Assembly (NCBI GenBank): GCA_951406725.2
Contig: OX597824.1
Coordinates: 76,446,001-76,510,000 of the forward strand
Direction: 5' to 3'
DNA from: Octopus vulgaris
Taxonomy: Eukaryota
DNA length: 64,000 bases
Shown: in pieces, positions 1-12,889 of the stretch
How positions within the stretch are numbered: the stretch's first letter is position 1
How the letters are laid out: each line of letters opens with the position of its first letter
Program-made: the position numbers and the translations under genes
The notes under the pieces: model-generated
The model's input: the letters and a program-made list of their open reading frames with translations, nothing else
Told to the model about the DNA's origin: nothing
Databases searched by the model: none

Positions 1-17
1 ATTAAACCTGGAACCAC

Positions 18-64
<47 letters not shown>

Positions 65-147
65 CATACATATATATATTATTTCTCGAGTGCCACGTCT
101 GTTGCTCGGTTTCTATGACACTACAACATTGCTGATTCGTTAAAGGT

Positions 148-338
148 CAGCAAATTTTAAATGGCGGAGTTAAATCTATCACATAGATCCTAGTATTTGA
201 CGACAACTTTATTTTGTCGAATCCGAACGGATGAAAGGCAAAGTTGACCCCAGTGTGGTTTGAACTTAGAACGTAAAGAACCGGAAGAAAACCTGTTAAG
301 CGTTTTGTCGACTTGCTAACGATTCTGCCAGCTCACCA
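148..338 (-). mobile_element. tRNA-derived SINE family B, degenerate copy
   Basis: Reverse complement matches the family head ggtgagctggcagaatcgttagc and the body gttcaaa...gactttgcctttcatcc seen in other copies in the window. Confidence 0.7.
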
Positions 339-371
339 ATACATACATACATACATACATACATACATACA

Positions 372-402
<31 letters not shown>

Positions 403-1174
403 GCATACATACATACATACATACATATACATACATACATACATACATACATACATACATACATACATACATACATACATACATACATGCATGCATGCAT
501 ACATACATACATACATACATACATACATACATACATACATACATGCATGCATGCATACATACATACATGCATGCATACATACATACATACATGCATGCAT
601 ACATACATACATACATACATACATGCATACATACATATATACATACATACAAACATACATACATACATACATACATACATGCATACATACATACATACAT
701 ACAAGCATACATATACATACATACATACATACAGGCATACATATACATACATACATACTTGCACACATACATACATACATACATACATACATACATGCAT
801 ACATACATACATACATACATGCATACATACATACATACATGCACACATACATACATACGTACGTACGTACATACATACATACATACGTACATACATACAT
901 ACATGCATACATACATACATACATGCATACATACATGCATACATACATACATGCATACATACATACATACATACATGCATACATACATACATGCATGCAT
1001 ACATACCTACATACATACATACATACATACATGCATACATACATACATACATGCATACATACATACATACATGCATACATACATACATACATACATACAT
1101 GCATACATACATACATACATACATACATACATACATACATACATGCATACATACATACATGCATACATACATAC
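339..1174. repeat. (CATA)n tetranucleotide satellite with CATG/CGTA variants
   Basis: Direct inspection; source of the HTYI/MYVC ORFs. Confidence 0.95.
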
Positions 1175-1279
1175 TCCTTGAGCAACATTCTTTGTCTGAT
1201 AACCGAGAATACATGCCCAAAGGTATAGCACGACTCTACCCTAACGTATCATCAGATGAAAGGATGAGCCTATCATATG

Positions 1280-1425
1280 ACTTCCTCTATCCAGATTACA
1301 AGTTCAGGTGCATACCTGTAATTATTGGGTCCTTGTGTTATGTAACACACTGCCTAAATGCCCATCTTGAGACATTAGGCTTCTCAAAATCAGAAAGGGG
1401 AAAGCTGGTTCGAAGACTACAGCCT
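1280..1425 (+). pseudogene. C-terminal remnant of an RLE-type non-LTR retrotransposon ORF
   Basis: Translates LYPDYKFRCIPVIIGSLCYVTHCLNAHLETLGFSKSERGKLVRRLQ, resembling the ..P.I.GALG.. tail of restriction-like-endonuclease LINEs. Confidence 0.5.
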
Positions 1426-1510
1426 TTGTGTTTGTGACTCTATGCCTATATTTGCATGCGTGCGGCTGTTTACAATATATTGTATGATATGGATAGAGAA
1501 TCCTCTTCTT

Positions 1511-1800
1511 GTTTGTATGCATGTATGTATGTATGTATGTATGTATGTATGTATGTATGTATGTATGTATGTATGTATGTATGTATGTTTGTTTGTATGT
1601 GTGCATGCATGTATGTATGTATGTTTGTTTGTATGTGTGCATGCATGTATGTATGCATGTATGTATGTATGTATGTATGCATGTATGTATGTATGTATGT
1701 ATGTATGTATGTATGCATGTATGTATGTATGTATGTATGTATGTATGTATGCGTGTATGTATGTATGTATGTATGTATGTATGCGTGTATGTGCATATAT
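1511..1800. repeat. (TATG)n satellite, inverted relative to 339-1174
   Basis: Direct inspection. Confidence 0.9.
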
Positions 1801-1920
1801 GTATGTCAGTCTACATGTGTCTATCTTTGCAAGGTTGTTGGTTTATATGCATTTTTGTATGCACGAATATATGCAGATGTAAATGTATGCATGCATACAT
1901 ATGCACGCATACATATGCAC

Positions 1921-1968
<48 letters not shown>

Positions 1969-2230
1969 CAAAGGAGAGAGTAAGACAGAGAGAGAGAGAG
2001 CATATATGCAAATATGTGCGCGCTTGATTATATGCATGGTAAAAATAATTACACACACACCCATTCAAAAACATTCACACCCACCCACACCGACACCCCA
2101 TACGCACACAAACACATATATAAATATACTCTCATGTATATTTAATATGTATATATATATATATTTATTTATTTATAATATTTATATATAGAGAGGGATA
2201 TATATATATATAGAGAGAAAGAGATGGATG

Positions 2231-2286
<56 letters not shown>

Positions 2287-2519
2287 CACACAGTTGTTTG
2301 TGTGTGTGTGTGCCGGATAATAAATCTTGATCAAACGATGAAGACCACCGTTCAATAAATATAATTGAATATAATTTAAATTTAGAATATACATTTATTA
2401 ATTGGAATTCTGACCTTGGTGCCACGCGACTTTCACACTGGTATTATCGCAATATCATCAGAGATCAAAACACTGAAATAAACAGCTTTCAAGAGAAGTA
2501 CACAGGTCATATTCTTTTC

Positions 2520-2915
2520 TTTTCTACACTAGGCACAAGGCCCGAAATTTTTGGGGAGGGGGCCAGTCGATTAGATCAACCCCAGTATGCTACTGGTACT
2601 TAATTTATCGACTCCGAAAGGATGAAAGACAAAGTCGACCTCTGCGAAATTTGAACTCAGAACATAAAGACAGACGAAATACCTATTTCTTTATTGCCCA
2701 CAAGGGGCTAAACACAGAGGTGACAAACAAGGACAGACAAACGGATTAAGTCGATTATATCGACCCCACTGCGTAACTGGTACTTATTTAATCGACCCGG
2801 AAAGGATGAAAGTCAAAGTCGACCTCGGCAGAATTTGAACTCAGAACGTAGCGACAGACGAAATACCGCTAAGCATTTCGCCCGGCGTGCAAAGGATTCT
2901 GCCAGCTCGCCGCCC
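2520..2915 (-). mobile_element. SINE family B, head plus two body units (dimer)
   Basis: Two copies of gaaaggatgaaag.caaagtcgacctc.gc..aatttgaactcagaac; head ggcggcgagctggcagaatc ends near 2915. Confidence 0.85.
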
Positions 2916-2987
2916 TACACAGGTCATATTTAATCGTAACAAAAGTACATACAACAAACCAAACACTGCAGGAAGGAATTTTTATAA

Positions 2988-3382
2988 GCGTGGCGTGGCA
3001 TCCGGCAGGTTCTGCGTTGAGTCCCACTGCATGGCACGTTGGGCAAGTGTCTTCTACTATAACCCCGGCCAACCAAAGCTTTATGAATAGATTTCTTAGA
3101 CGGACACTGAAAGATGCTCGCTAATACGTATATATATATTTATATATATATGTGCGTTTGTGTGTGTGTGTTGTGTGTATGTGTGTGTGTGTTGTGTGTA
3201 TGTGTGTGTCTTTGTGTCTGTGTTTACGTCCCCGTAGCTTAGCGGCAGAAGAAACCGATTGAATAAGTACTTGACTTACAAATAATAAGTCCTGGGTTTT
3301 ATTTCTTCGACTAAAACCCTTTAAGGTGGTGCTCCAGCATGGTCGCGGCCAAATAACTGAAACAAGTAAAATAATGAAAGAT
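2988..3382 (+). mobile_element. SINE family A, degenerate copy
   Basis: agtcccactgc...gggcaagtgtcttctactata, an internal (TA)/(TG) tract, and tail ggtggtgctccagcatgg...gaaacaagtaaaa. Confidence 0.8.
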
Positions 3383-3864
3383 TAAATACAACAGCCTAGC
3401 TCGAAGAAGATATCGTTCGTTAGAATGACTATGTGTGGAACAAATTTCACATTAGATTTGATAATAGACATTAGTAGAAAAATGAGTATTACATGAGTGT
3501 GATGTAATTTTCCTGCAGGTATTTGTACGGACATAAGGTTTTTTATGAGGGCTCAGGATATTTCGTGGTAGAAGTATAAGACCAAAGAGAGAGGTATGAA
3601 CACAAGTCTCATCCATCTCAGTTATTGCTGCTCAAAGCAATTATATTGATGTTATTGGTAGAGACACACAATATTAAAGAGCGGAATTTCCAAAGCTGAT
3701 ATGGAGACGGGAGGACATTGTAAAATGTATCGTTGTTGCCGCTGCTTATCTGACTTAGATGACCTCGCGGTAAAATTTGTTTTAAAAATAGTTGTAGTAG
3801 ATCTACATGTGTTCGCTGTTTACGAAATATATTTCATGTTTTCTCTTTTATCTTTTACTTGATT

Positions 3865-4224
3865 CGGTCATTGGATTGCGGCCACGCGTGAGCACCGCCT
3901 TGAAGGATCAAGTCGAACAAAGCAGCCCCAATAGTTATTTAGTTTGAAAGTCTGGCACTTATTCCTTCAGGCCCTTTTGCTAAATATCGGGGATGTAAAC
4001 AAACCAACGATCAATACACACACAAAATCGCACACACACGCGCGCGGTCATTGGATTGCGACCACGCGTGAGCACCGCCTTGAAGGATCAAGTCGAACAA
4101 AGCAGCCCCAATTGTTATTTAGTTTGAAAGTCTGGCACTTATTCCTTCAGGCCCTTTTGCTAAATATCGGGGATGTAAACAAACCAACGATCAATACACA
4201 CACAAAATCGCACACACACGCGCA
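3865..4224 (-). repeat. 180-bp direct tandem duplication of a degenerate SINE A tail
   Basis: 3865-4044 and 4045-4224 are nearly identical. Confidence 0.9.
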
Positions 4225-4347
4225 CGCGCGCTTTCGACATAATTATTTGTTCCGAAAATAGAAAATAAATCTTAGAGCCAAACACGCTCTCTGACATCGT
4301 ACAGGCAATTAAATATTATCTTCTGCCTTAGGCACAAAGACGTAGAT

Positions 4348-4419
<72 letters not shown>

Positions 4420-4762
4420 CATATATATAACACACACTCACATTTTATATAAAATTAAATGGCTTCTTCGAACGCGGTCGTAAATTGGCCGTTGATGTAT
4501 AAAGGGGACAAAGTGGAGGAAAAACCAATACATTAATGGAACGTGGTCTGATAAGGGTCCGTTAACGCCCACCATGATAACGTTATCTAATGAGAAAATA
4601 ACAAACCAAGAGGCGAGAAATAAGCGAAAGCCAGTTGACAAGCTGTTTTAATTGATAGATCGAAACATTGCAAACGGTTGTGAACTTTGCTGCTAATGAT
4701 GAGGACAGTGGTCGATAATTGCAAATTGTTATTTTTGTCTAGTATTTAAAAATTCATTTATG

Positions 4763-5026
4763 GGCGCAGGAGTGGCTGTGTGGTAAGTAGCTTGCTTACC
4801 AACGACATGGTTCTTGGTTCAGTCCCACTGCGTGGCACCTTGTCCAAGTGTCTTCTACAATAGCCTCGGGCCGACCAAAGCCTTGTGCGTGGATTTAGTA
4901 GTCGGAAACTGAAAGAAGCTCGTCGTATATATGTATATACTCTTTTACTCTTTTACTTGTTTCAGTCATTTGACTGCGGCCATGCTGGAGCACCGCCTTT
5001 ATATATATATATATATATATGTGCGC

Positions 5027-5057
<31 letters not shown>

Positions 5058-5284
5058 TGTGTGTTTGTATATGTTTGTGTGCCTGTGTTTGTCCACCCAA
5101 CGTCGCTTGACAACCGATGCTGGTGTGTTTATGTCCCCGTAACTTAGTGGTTCGGCAAAAGAGACGGATAGAATAAGCACTAGGTTTACAAAGAATAAGT
5201 CCTGGGGTTCATTTGCTCGACTAAAGGCGGTGCTCCAGCACGGCCGCAGTCACATGACTGAAGCAAGTAAAAGAGTAAAAGAGT
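4763..5284 (+). mobile_element. Full-length SINE family A with an antisense SINE A tail nested in its internal (TA)n
   Basis: Head ggcgcaggagtggctgtgtggtaag (A box), ggttcagtccc (B box-like), tail (gtaaaaga)n. 4938-5000 is the reverse complement of the tail at 5222-5284. Confidence 0.9.
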
Positions 5285-5823
5285 ATATGCATGAAACTTC
5301 CTTCCTTCAGTATAAAACTTCGGTATCATAAATAGCTAAAACACTTGAAAATCTAGTGATTATTTAATTAACATAAAAAACCTATTTAGTAATTCACCCC
5401 TAGGATTCAATAATGCTCCTTTCAGAAGAAATTTATTTTTAAATTCATTATTTCAATATTTTCAAATATACTTCGTGAACGATAATACAGTTTAAACCTA
5501 TTAGGACTATTTCTAAACACGATTCTAAACAAGATTCTATAGATTACATGCCGATTCTTTTACTTACAAGACTAGATTTTTTGCAGATATTACACTTAAC
5601 AAACAGTCTCGTATGATATTATTAGTTTTGTTTTTAATTATAAACTTATAGAAAATAACATTACAGAGATGATCATTCTGACGAATGGTGATTTATTCAA
5701 ACTCAGCTCTTCTATTTAACATATTCATAAAATTCCTTCCACCAATGTTTTGGCTCTCTTATATTATTTTTAAATAAAACCTGTGTACATATAATGAAAC
5801 CAGCTTGTTTGTTTGATTGTTTT

Positions 5824-5870
5824 GCTCTCTGATGATACAGCGATAACACAGAGAAACAGTCTGTCAGCAG
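5824..5870 (+). ncRNA. Degenerate type I hammerhead ribozyme motif
   Basis: CTGATGA (5829-35), GAAA (5853-56), stem III ACAG-T-CTGT, GTC triplet. Stems I and II are poorly paired. Confidence 0.45.
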
Positions 5871-6011
5871 TAAAGTCGGAATTTAAATTAATAAATTAAT
5901 ATTCAGTGTTTTTTTTTCATTGAATTGTTGTCATCTTCATTCTTTGATCTAGATTATGTACGTGGGTGTTTATCTCTATGTACATATACAGTATATATAT
6001 GTGTATATTAG

Positions 6012-6107
<96 letters not shown>

Positions 6108-6154
6108 TAAAACTTACTTGGAAGAGGCTGTGTGGCGTTCACTCATATAATAAT

Positions 6155-6315
6155 ATCACATTGACCGACCAGTCCGTCGGGCGTCCATTTAACACCGCTG
6201 GTCACAGCACGCTATCCACTCCTCTCTGGATCGCGCCTTTCTCATCCACGAGATTCCAATAACCATCCTGAAATCGTAACTCCACTGTCGTGGAAGCCTT
6301 CCGAGTGGTCGTTTC
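6155..6315 (-). mobile_element. 3' end of an RTE-clade LINE
   Basis: Minus strand reads KRPLGRLPRQWSYDFRMVIGISWMRKARSREEWIACCDQRC*, the R..GRP..W...A..R..W terminus of RTE ORFs, then a GACCAG..CTGGTC hairpin tail. Confidence 0.75.
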
Positions 6316-6670
6316 GGCTGTCAGACAATTTGTGACCACATCACCACTAACATCTGGCCACCTAACTCGGCCGACTGCAATCCACTTCTTTGTTATGGGT
6401 GGAGGACAGTTGAGCGAGAGACCAACAAACTTCCTTGAATCACCAAAGAAGAAATGAAGGCAAATATTATGGCAGCATTCAGCAACTTAAAGAACGAGAC
6501 CATCTAGACGAGTTGCAGGAGATTCAGAAGTCGTCTGGAAGCCTTGGTTGAAGTCAATGTCGATTTTATTGAATACATTTACTCATTAGTATTTCAAGAT
6601 ATTTTTATGTAATTTTGATAAATATGTGTTAAAATGAGATATCAGTGCTATTTTCATTTTTGCGTAATTT
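6316..6670 (+). pseudogene. Tc1/mariner-superfamily (maT/DD37D-like) transposase C-terminal remnant
   Basis: From 6331: CDHITTNIWPPNSADCNPLLCYGWRTVERETNKLP*ITKEEMKANIMAAFSNLKNETI*TSCRRFRSRLEALVEVNVDFIE (WPPxSPDxNP motif, two stops). Confidence 0.8.
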
Positions 6671-6846
6671 AGGTGGAAAAATAGTACTCGAATACCGAAG
6701 GTAGAGTAATGTGCAGGTTTTGATCACAACTGTCCGACAAACGGGAACGTGAAACTATGAGTAACAGTGTTTTGTTATGTTTTTGCAGCTTTAAGAAAAA
6801 CAGTATATATATATACAGGAGAGAAACATAAATATATAAATATATA

Positions 6847-6860
6847 AATCGTATATTGTG

Positions 6861-6900
<40 letters not shown>

Positions 6901-7014
6901 TATATATATATGTAGGTATACTTTTGCCGAATCGTATATTGTGCTTATATATATATATATATATATATAAGCACAATATACGATTCGGCAAAAGTATACC
7001 TACATATATATATA

Positions 7015-7056
<42 letters not shown>

Positions 7057-7102
7057 CACAATATACGATTCGGCAAAACGTATACCTACATATATATATA
7101 CC

Positions 7103-7136
<34 letters not shown>

Positions 7137-7175
7137 AGCACAATATACGATTCGGCAAAACGTATACCTACATAT
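6847..7175. repeat. About 224-bp near-perfect palindrome centred on (TA)n, built from an ~84-bp tandem unit
   Basis: Unit aagcacaatatacgattcggcaaaa(c)gtatacctaca at 6969, 7054 and 7136; inverted copies at 6911-6946 and 6847-6863. Confidence 0.9.
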
Positions 7176-7504
7176 ATGCACGTATGCATCATGGCCAGTT
7201 CAAAATGCCCGCCGTTTTATTCCATGTGAAATATGGTCAAAATATCGCCGCAGTAAATACAGTGACGAAATAAATTTAAATTTATATAAATAAGGATAAG
7301 ATCGTTAATTTAAAAATAAAATAATGATTATTAACAAGTGGTCAGCATGGAAAAAATAACCTTCAAAGGTTATAATTATTAAAATTATAAATTAGGGTAT
7401 CTACGAGATACCACCATGCTGAAAATAGCAGCCATGATCTGACTCTAAGACCACTATAATTGTCCATATATCAACACGGAGATTTATATATATATATATA
7501 TATA

Positions 7505-7700
7505 TAGTTAATCCAAACATTAACAAAGAGAAAACACAACACGAGGACGTGGAACAAATATAGTGACATTGGACGCTCAGGAAAGGAAAGAAAGAAGGAG
7601 GATTTAACGGAGCTCTTCGTCAGAAACATTAAAAAAGATCCAAGGAAGGGAAGACGGAGAAAGAAAATCGCCAACGATGCACACCTGGTCACATATTGAA
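7505..7700 (-). mobile_element. (TA)n-embedded non-coding element with a broken hammerhead core
   Basis: Minus strand tttCTGACGAAGAGCtcc|gttaaa; the GCTCGAAAC segment is missing. Layout resembles the 8010-8175 family. Confidence 0.5.
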
Positions 7701-7733
7701 AATATATGCATATATATATGTATATATATGTAT

Positions 7734-7923
<190 letters not shown>

Positions 7924-7949
7924 AAGACATATATATGTATGCATGCATG

Positions 7950-8009
<60 letters not shown>

Positions 8010-8012
<3 letters not shown>

Positions 8013-8175
8013 AGAGTTTACAAAAAAAAACAAAAGACGAAGACAGGTGGTGTACAAAACAAACAGATGTATTAGTATAACGCTCAGGAATAGAAAAAGT
8101 CTTTTGCGTTTCGAGCCTACGCTCTTCTACAGAAAGGAACACAGAAAAAAACAAGGAGAGAAAATCTATCATGGC
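8010..8175 (-). mobile_element. (TA)n-embedded hammerhead-bearing element, CUGUNGA family, copy 1
   Basis: 8136-8101 reads cttt CTGTAGA A GAGC gtag GCTC GAAA CGC A aaag; homologous to the copies at 12610, 43612 and 54522. Confidence 0.7.
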
Positions 8176-8844
8176 GACAGATAGAAAATTGAGACAAATA
8201 CGTATAAATGCTAAGTAGAGTACCGGCACAGTCTTGGTTACCTGTTGTCATTCGTTGTCAGCTGGGCATCGTCTGTGAGAAAAATAAAACATCACCATGA
8301 CTACTATGTAGTAGACAAAATCATATATCTATATATCTGCATACGTACGCACGTATACGTGCATACTTCAATCAGTCTATCGACAGGTTCATTCATGGAT
8401 ATTTGTATGCATCTAGCTGTCCAATATGATTATAACTTACAGATGAATCTTCATTTGTTGATGTCTAGTAGAGTAGTTTACGATGCAATGCTGTCAATAC
8501 AGCCAGTTTTCTTTCTGTATGTATTAGCATACGGTGTGTTTACCGCCATGCTGTATGTGCGATTTTTACTGCAACAGAATGAGTTCGCTTGTACATTCTT
8601 ATACACACGTGCAGCAGCTGTGTGATGTTTGCATACAGAGACGTATACAGTTGAATTTTGTGTTAGCTAGGATATATATCCCGATGATACATACACAGAA
8701 GTAGCATTGTATACACTGTGGTCTAGACAGACGGGTATAGAGTTACAGCAAGCATGTGATAAATATATATACCACATTAAGTGTATGCGTTTATGTATAT
8801 ATTATATATGTTTAAGACTTCCTTCTATGTATAGTAGTATATAT

Positions 8845-9053
8845 ACTCCTTTAATCTTTTACTTGTTTCAGTCATTTTGTCTGTGGCCATGCTGGAGCAC
8901 CACCTTTAGTCGAGCAAGTCGACCCCCAAGTCGACTTATTCTTTGTAAACCTAGTACTTATTCTATCGGTCTCTTTTGCCGGACCGCAACGTTACGGGGA
9001 TGTAAACACACCAGCATCGGTTGTCAAGCGATGTTGGGGGGACAAACACAGAT

Positions 9054-9112
<59 letters not shown>

Positions 9113-9278
9113 CATATATACGACGGGCTTCTTTCAGTTTCCGCCTACCAAATCCACTCACAAGGCTTTGGTCGGCCCGGGGCTATAGTAGAAGACACTT
9201 GTCTAAGGTGCCACGCAGTGGTACTAAACCCGGAACCATGTGATTGGTAAACAAGGTACTTACTACAGAGCCACACCG
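8845..9278 (-). mobile_element. SINE family A, near full length
   Basis: Reverse complement of the family consensus, with an internal (CA)/(TA) tract. Confidence 0.9.
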
Positions 9279-9431
9279 TTTATATGTCTTTGTGTATGCA
9301 GTAATATATATTGAGGTATTACAATCGTGTGTATAAAATGATGTATATAGTGGCATCGCAGCCTCTGAAGTATCACCACAAGGTGTGTACAGGGATAGTT
9401 CCACTAATGAACATATATAAATACAAATATA

Positions 9432-9770
9432 CAGGGGATGGACAAAATAATGGAAATACCTAGCATCATAACATCATAATTTTGAAATATCTATAAAACC
9501 GTCAAAACTTGTTTATTTTTATGCTTTTTGATTTATTAATAGTGTTGCTTAATATTTTTTGCTAAAATTGCTGTTTCTTTTCAGATATCATCAGAAAAGG
9601 TAATTAAAATTCATGAAAATGAGAGATCTATCGGACTTTCAAAGCGATCAAATTGTTTGTGCACGTATGGCAGGCGCTAGCGTAACGAAAACAGCTTCGA
9701 AACAAAACTCTGGAAGAAAATCAAAACTTTCAGATAGGGATCGTTGGACTCTTACGCGAATTGTTAGAAA
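9432..9770 (+). mobile_element. Tc1-like transposon left end with a deleted transposase N-terminus
   Basis: TA + caggggatggacaaaataatggaaatacc terminus; MRDLSDFQSDQIVCARMAGASVTKTA..SKQNSGRKSKLSDRDRWTLTRIVR (paired-like HTH, GRPR-like motif). Confidence 0.8.
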
Positions 9771-9774
9771 TATG

Positions 9775-9831
9775 AATTAGTTAAGATTTAGAAACCATGA
9801 GAGCCACTGTCTGGTACTGCATTAGGGCATT

Positions 9832-9832
<1 letters not shown>
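9775..9832 (-). mobile_element. 5' end of the (AAT)n-flanked non-coding element (see 37029)
   Basis: Reverse complement atgccctaatgcagtaccagacagtggctctcatgg matches 37028-37063. Confidence 0.8.
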
Positions 9833-9867
<35 letters not shown>

Positions 9868-9878
9868 TAATAATAACG

Positions 9879-9912
<34 letters not shown>

Positions 9913-9929
9913 TAATAATAATAATGATA

Positions 9930-10995
9930 ATAAGGAAGCTTATAAGTTCGAAAGGGAACTAGACATTAACCTTGAATCAAATGAAGAGCCGGAAACCACT
10001 GCTACCAAGCAAGCAAAGCGAATCAAGCAGACTGCAAAAAAGAACGGGCAGAATCAAATTGAGAGGCGGTGGAGCCAGAAGCCCCTGCATGGACAATATA
10101 TTCTCCGAAGCCAAAATGCTGATGTAGACCAAGCAACAACCCATCAGTGGCTGAAGAGCTCTGGATTGAAAGCAGAGACTGAAGGTTTCATAATGGCAGC
10201 ACAAGATCAAAGCTTGTTTACCAGAAATTACCAGGCTAACGTTCTCCGAAACGGTACTGACCCTAAATGCAGATTCTGCGACACATTTGACGAAACGATA
10301 GACCATCTCGTTTCGGGATGTCCTGTGCTGACACCAAACGAATACAAAAATCGCCACGATAGGGTAGGACAGTATATACATTGGAAGATATGTAAACACT
10401 ACAAGTCCGACACTCCTGCTAACTGGTACGAACACCATCCTCAGCCAGTTGTTGAAGGTAAAGATGTCACCATCCTCTGGGATTTTCCAGTCAACACTGA
10501 CAGAACGATCAAGGCTAATCGACCAGACATAATTGTTAAGGACAGGGAAGAAAATACCTGCAGACTAATAGAAGTAAGCGTCCCCACTGATAAAAATGTA
10601 TCTGTCAAGGAATTTGACAAACTTAGTAAATATAAGGACCTGGAAATCGAAATACAGAGGATGTGGAATCTTAAAGCAAAAACTGTTCCTGTTATTGTAG
10701 GTGCCCTAGGTATGATAAAAAAGGGATGTCAGAAACACCTAGACAATATCCCTGGAAAACCATGTCTCAAGGAAATTCAAAAGATTGTGCTAACAAGTAC
10801 TGCCCACATCCTTAGAAAAACCCTATCAATGTAAATGTCTGTGTTTGCATTACATGGAGATATATCTCTACTTCCCCTCCCCAAGCTTTCAGCTGTATTT
10901 CAACAACTCTTAACCTTCACTTGCCCTAGGGCGCTGGGTGTGCTCCGGCAGGTGATTGCATCAAACATGCAGATTAAAAGTAAATGACAATGATA
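9930..10995 (+). mobile_element. 5'-truncated R4/Dong-type LINE (zinc knuckle, RLE endonuclease, 3' UTR) in (AAT)n
   Basis: Open frame to 10834 with AAQDQ, CRFC..ETIDHLVSGC, RHD, ILWD, NRPD..E..K.SKYKDL and PVIVGALG; (AAT)n on both sides. Confidence 0.9.
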
Positions 10996-11008
10996 ATAAT
11001 AATAATCC

Positions 11009-11290
11009 GTTGTGTCTGGGAAGAGTCATTTTCTTTTCGTGTCTTATAATTTAACACACTCACCGCTAAATTTCCACTTATTTCTTATTTTTGAAAAGAG
11101 TCAAGACTATTGAAAAGGTTGCAAGACGCAACGAAAATTTTAGGAAAATAAAAATAAAGAATAAGTGGAAATTTTACCGGTGTGTTAAATTACAAGGCAC
11201 AAAAAGAATATGACTCTCCCTAGACACAACAAAATATGCTTCAACACACGAACTCACATAAAGAATCTTGCAAACCAAATCCCAAAACGA
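11009..11290. repeat. Fold-back element (arms 11009-11084 / 11150-11230) ending in (AAT)n
   Basis: gttgtgtctgggaagagtcat...aaatttccacttatt versus aataagtggaaattt...atgactctccctagacacaac; arms are diverged. Confidence 0.8.
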
Positions 11291-11316
11291 ATAATAATAA
11301 TAATAATAATAATAAT

Positions 11317-11352
<36 letters not shown>

Positions 11353-11452
11353 CAGTAGCAGTAGTAGTAGTAGTAGTAGTAATTGTGCCAATTGAAAAGC
11401 ACGCACAACATACGAAATAGTAGCAAATATACAGTTATAAAGCTTTTGTACC

Positions 11453-11569
<117 letters not shown>

Positions 11570-11614
11570 TATATATATACATATATATGCATACATATAT
11601 ATATATATATATAC

Positions 11615-11712
<98 letters not shown>

Positions 11713-11824
11713 GTTAGTTGAAATTTACCGAAAAGCTGAAGACGCGGACAGGTGTGTAAACAACAATGTACATGGTTGTTAATGAAAGACGGCGGAAGAT
11801 GCAATACGTGAGAACTTATTATTA

Positions 11825-11930
11825 ATCACGACAGTTGTTTCGACACATCCAGCATCGATCCCTCACGGGTGGGACACTCAACAACTGGTTGAGAAGCGTC
11901 CGGCGGTGCAGATGTGTCTCATCGGGTGAT
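11825..11930 (-). ncRNA. Type I hammerhead ribozyme fold with a large branched stem II insertion
   Basis: ATCAC CCGATGA GACACATC [~60 nt] GATGTGTC GAAA CA-AC-TG T C GTGAT. Stems I and II pair perfectly; the core has U4C. Confidence 0.75.
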
Positions 11931-12609
11931 AAATATACACAACGCGTTAAAATAACAGTTCCGCAATGTATGTTCACATTTCGTAAAGAGAAAAGCAGCA
12001 AAGCGAAATAAATATATTCATTTACAAAGATTAAAAATAAAATCTCAGATGCAAAAACTGGAACGAACACGCAACACAGCAAGAGAAGTACCAAATATAA
12101 TCGTTAACAAAAATGGATGTATAAACGCCCATCTTCTCAACATACGGCTATGATGCTCCGCCAATACTTCTGTCGCTGCGTTATGAGTTTAAATTCCGAC
12201 TACCCCTTTCGGGGTAGGTAAAATAAGTACCATTTGAGCATATACCAAAGTGTCTGATGATATGTGCATCTCTAATCAAGAGCAGAATTAGTGACGGAGT
12301 ATCATAGCCATGTGTTGAGAGGATGGGCGTTTATACATATATATCTAAATATATATATACAAACATATTTATCCATATATATTTACACTAACAAACACAC
12401 TTACACACGCATACACTTACGTCAGAATAGCCTCTCTTAACGCAAACACACACGCATTAACACACGCCATTCTCACATACGCATACACGCATGCACGCCT
12501 TCACTTGGGATCACAACACATTATTCTCTCCCTTTCTTTGAACCTCTTCTCTCAAACTTGTTTTTTAATCATTCGCCATGCTTGACTGCTAAATCTACTA
12601 GTTTTTTTT

Positions 12610-12775
12610 TTCATTCTCTCTCTATTTTCTCTTATTCCTTACTGTTGAAGAGCGTAAGCTCAAAACGTAAATAACATTTCCCTTCACCCGAGCGTCAAAT
12701 ACACCTGCTTGTTGTTCATACACCTGTCTTCGTCTTTTGTTTCCTATAAATTTCAAATATATATATATTTCAACT
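12610..12775 (+). mobile_element. CUGUNGA hammerhead-family element, copy 2
   Basis: 12637-12674: cctta CTGTTGA A GAGC gtaa GCTC AAAA CGT A aata (GAAA mutated). Confidence 0.65.
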
Positions 12776-12779
12776 ATAC

Positions 12780-12889
<110 letters not shown>

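Noticed and set aside
296-2191. Long ORFs of 100-374 aa (MYVC/HTYI repeats), and similar YI/HT/poly-I ORFs throughout the window
   Set aside because: Translations of stop-free microsatellites; not genes.
2406-2466. Minus-strand CTGATGA..GAAA..GTC hammerhead-like motif
   Set aside because: Stem III does not close properly and stem I is only 3 bp; possibly a decayed copy but unsupported.
6969-7175. Repeat-spacer pattern resembling a CRISPR array
   Set aside because: Spacers are (TA)n, the context is eukaryotic and there are no cas genes.
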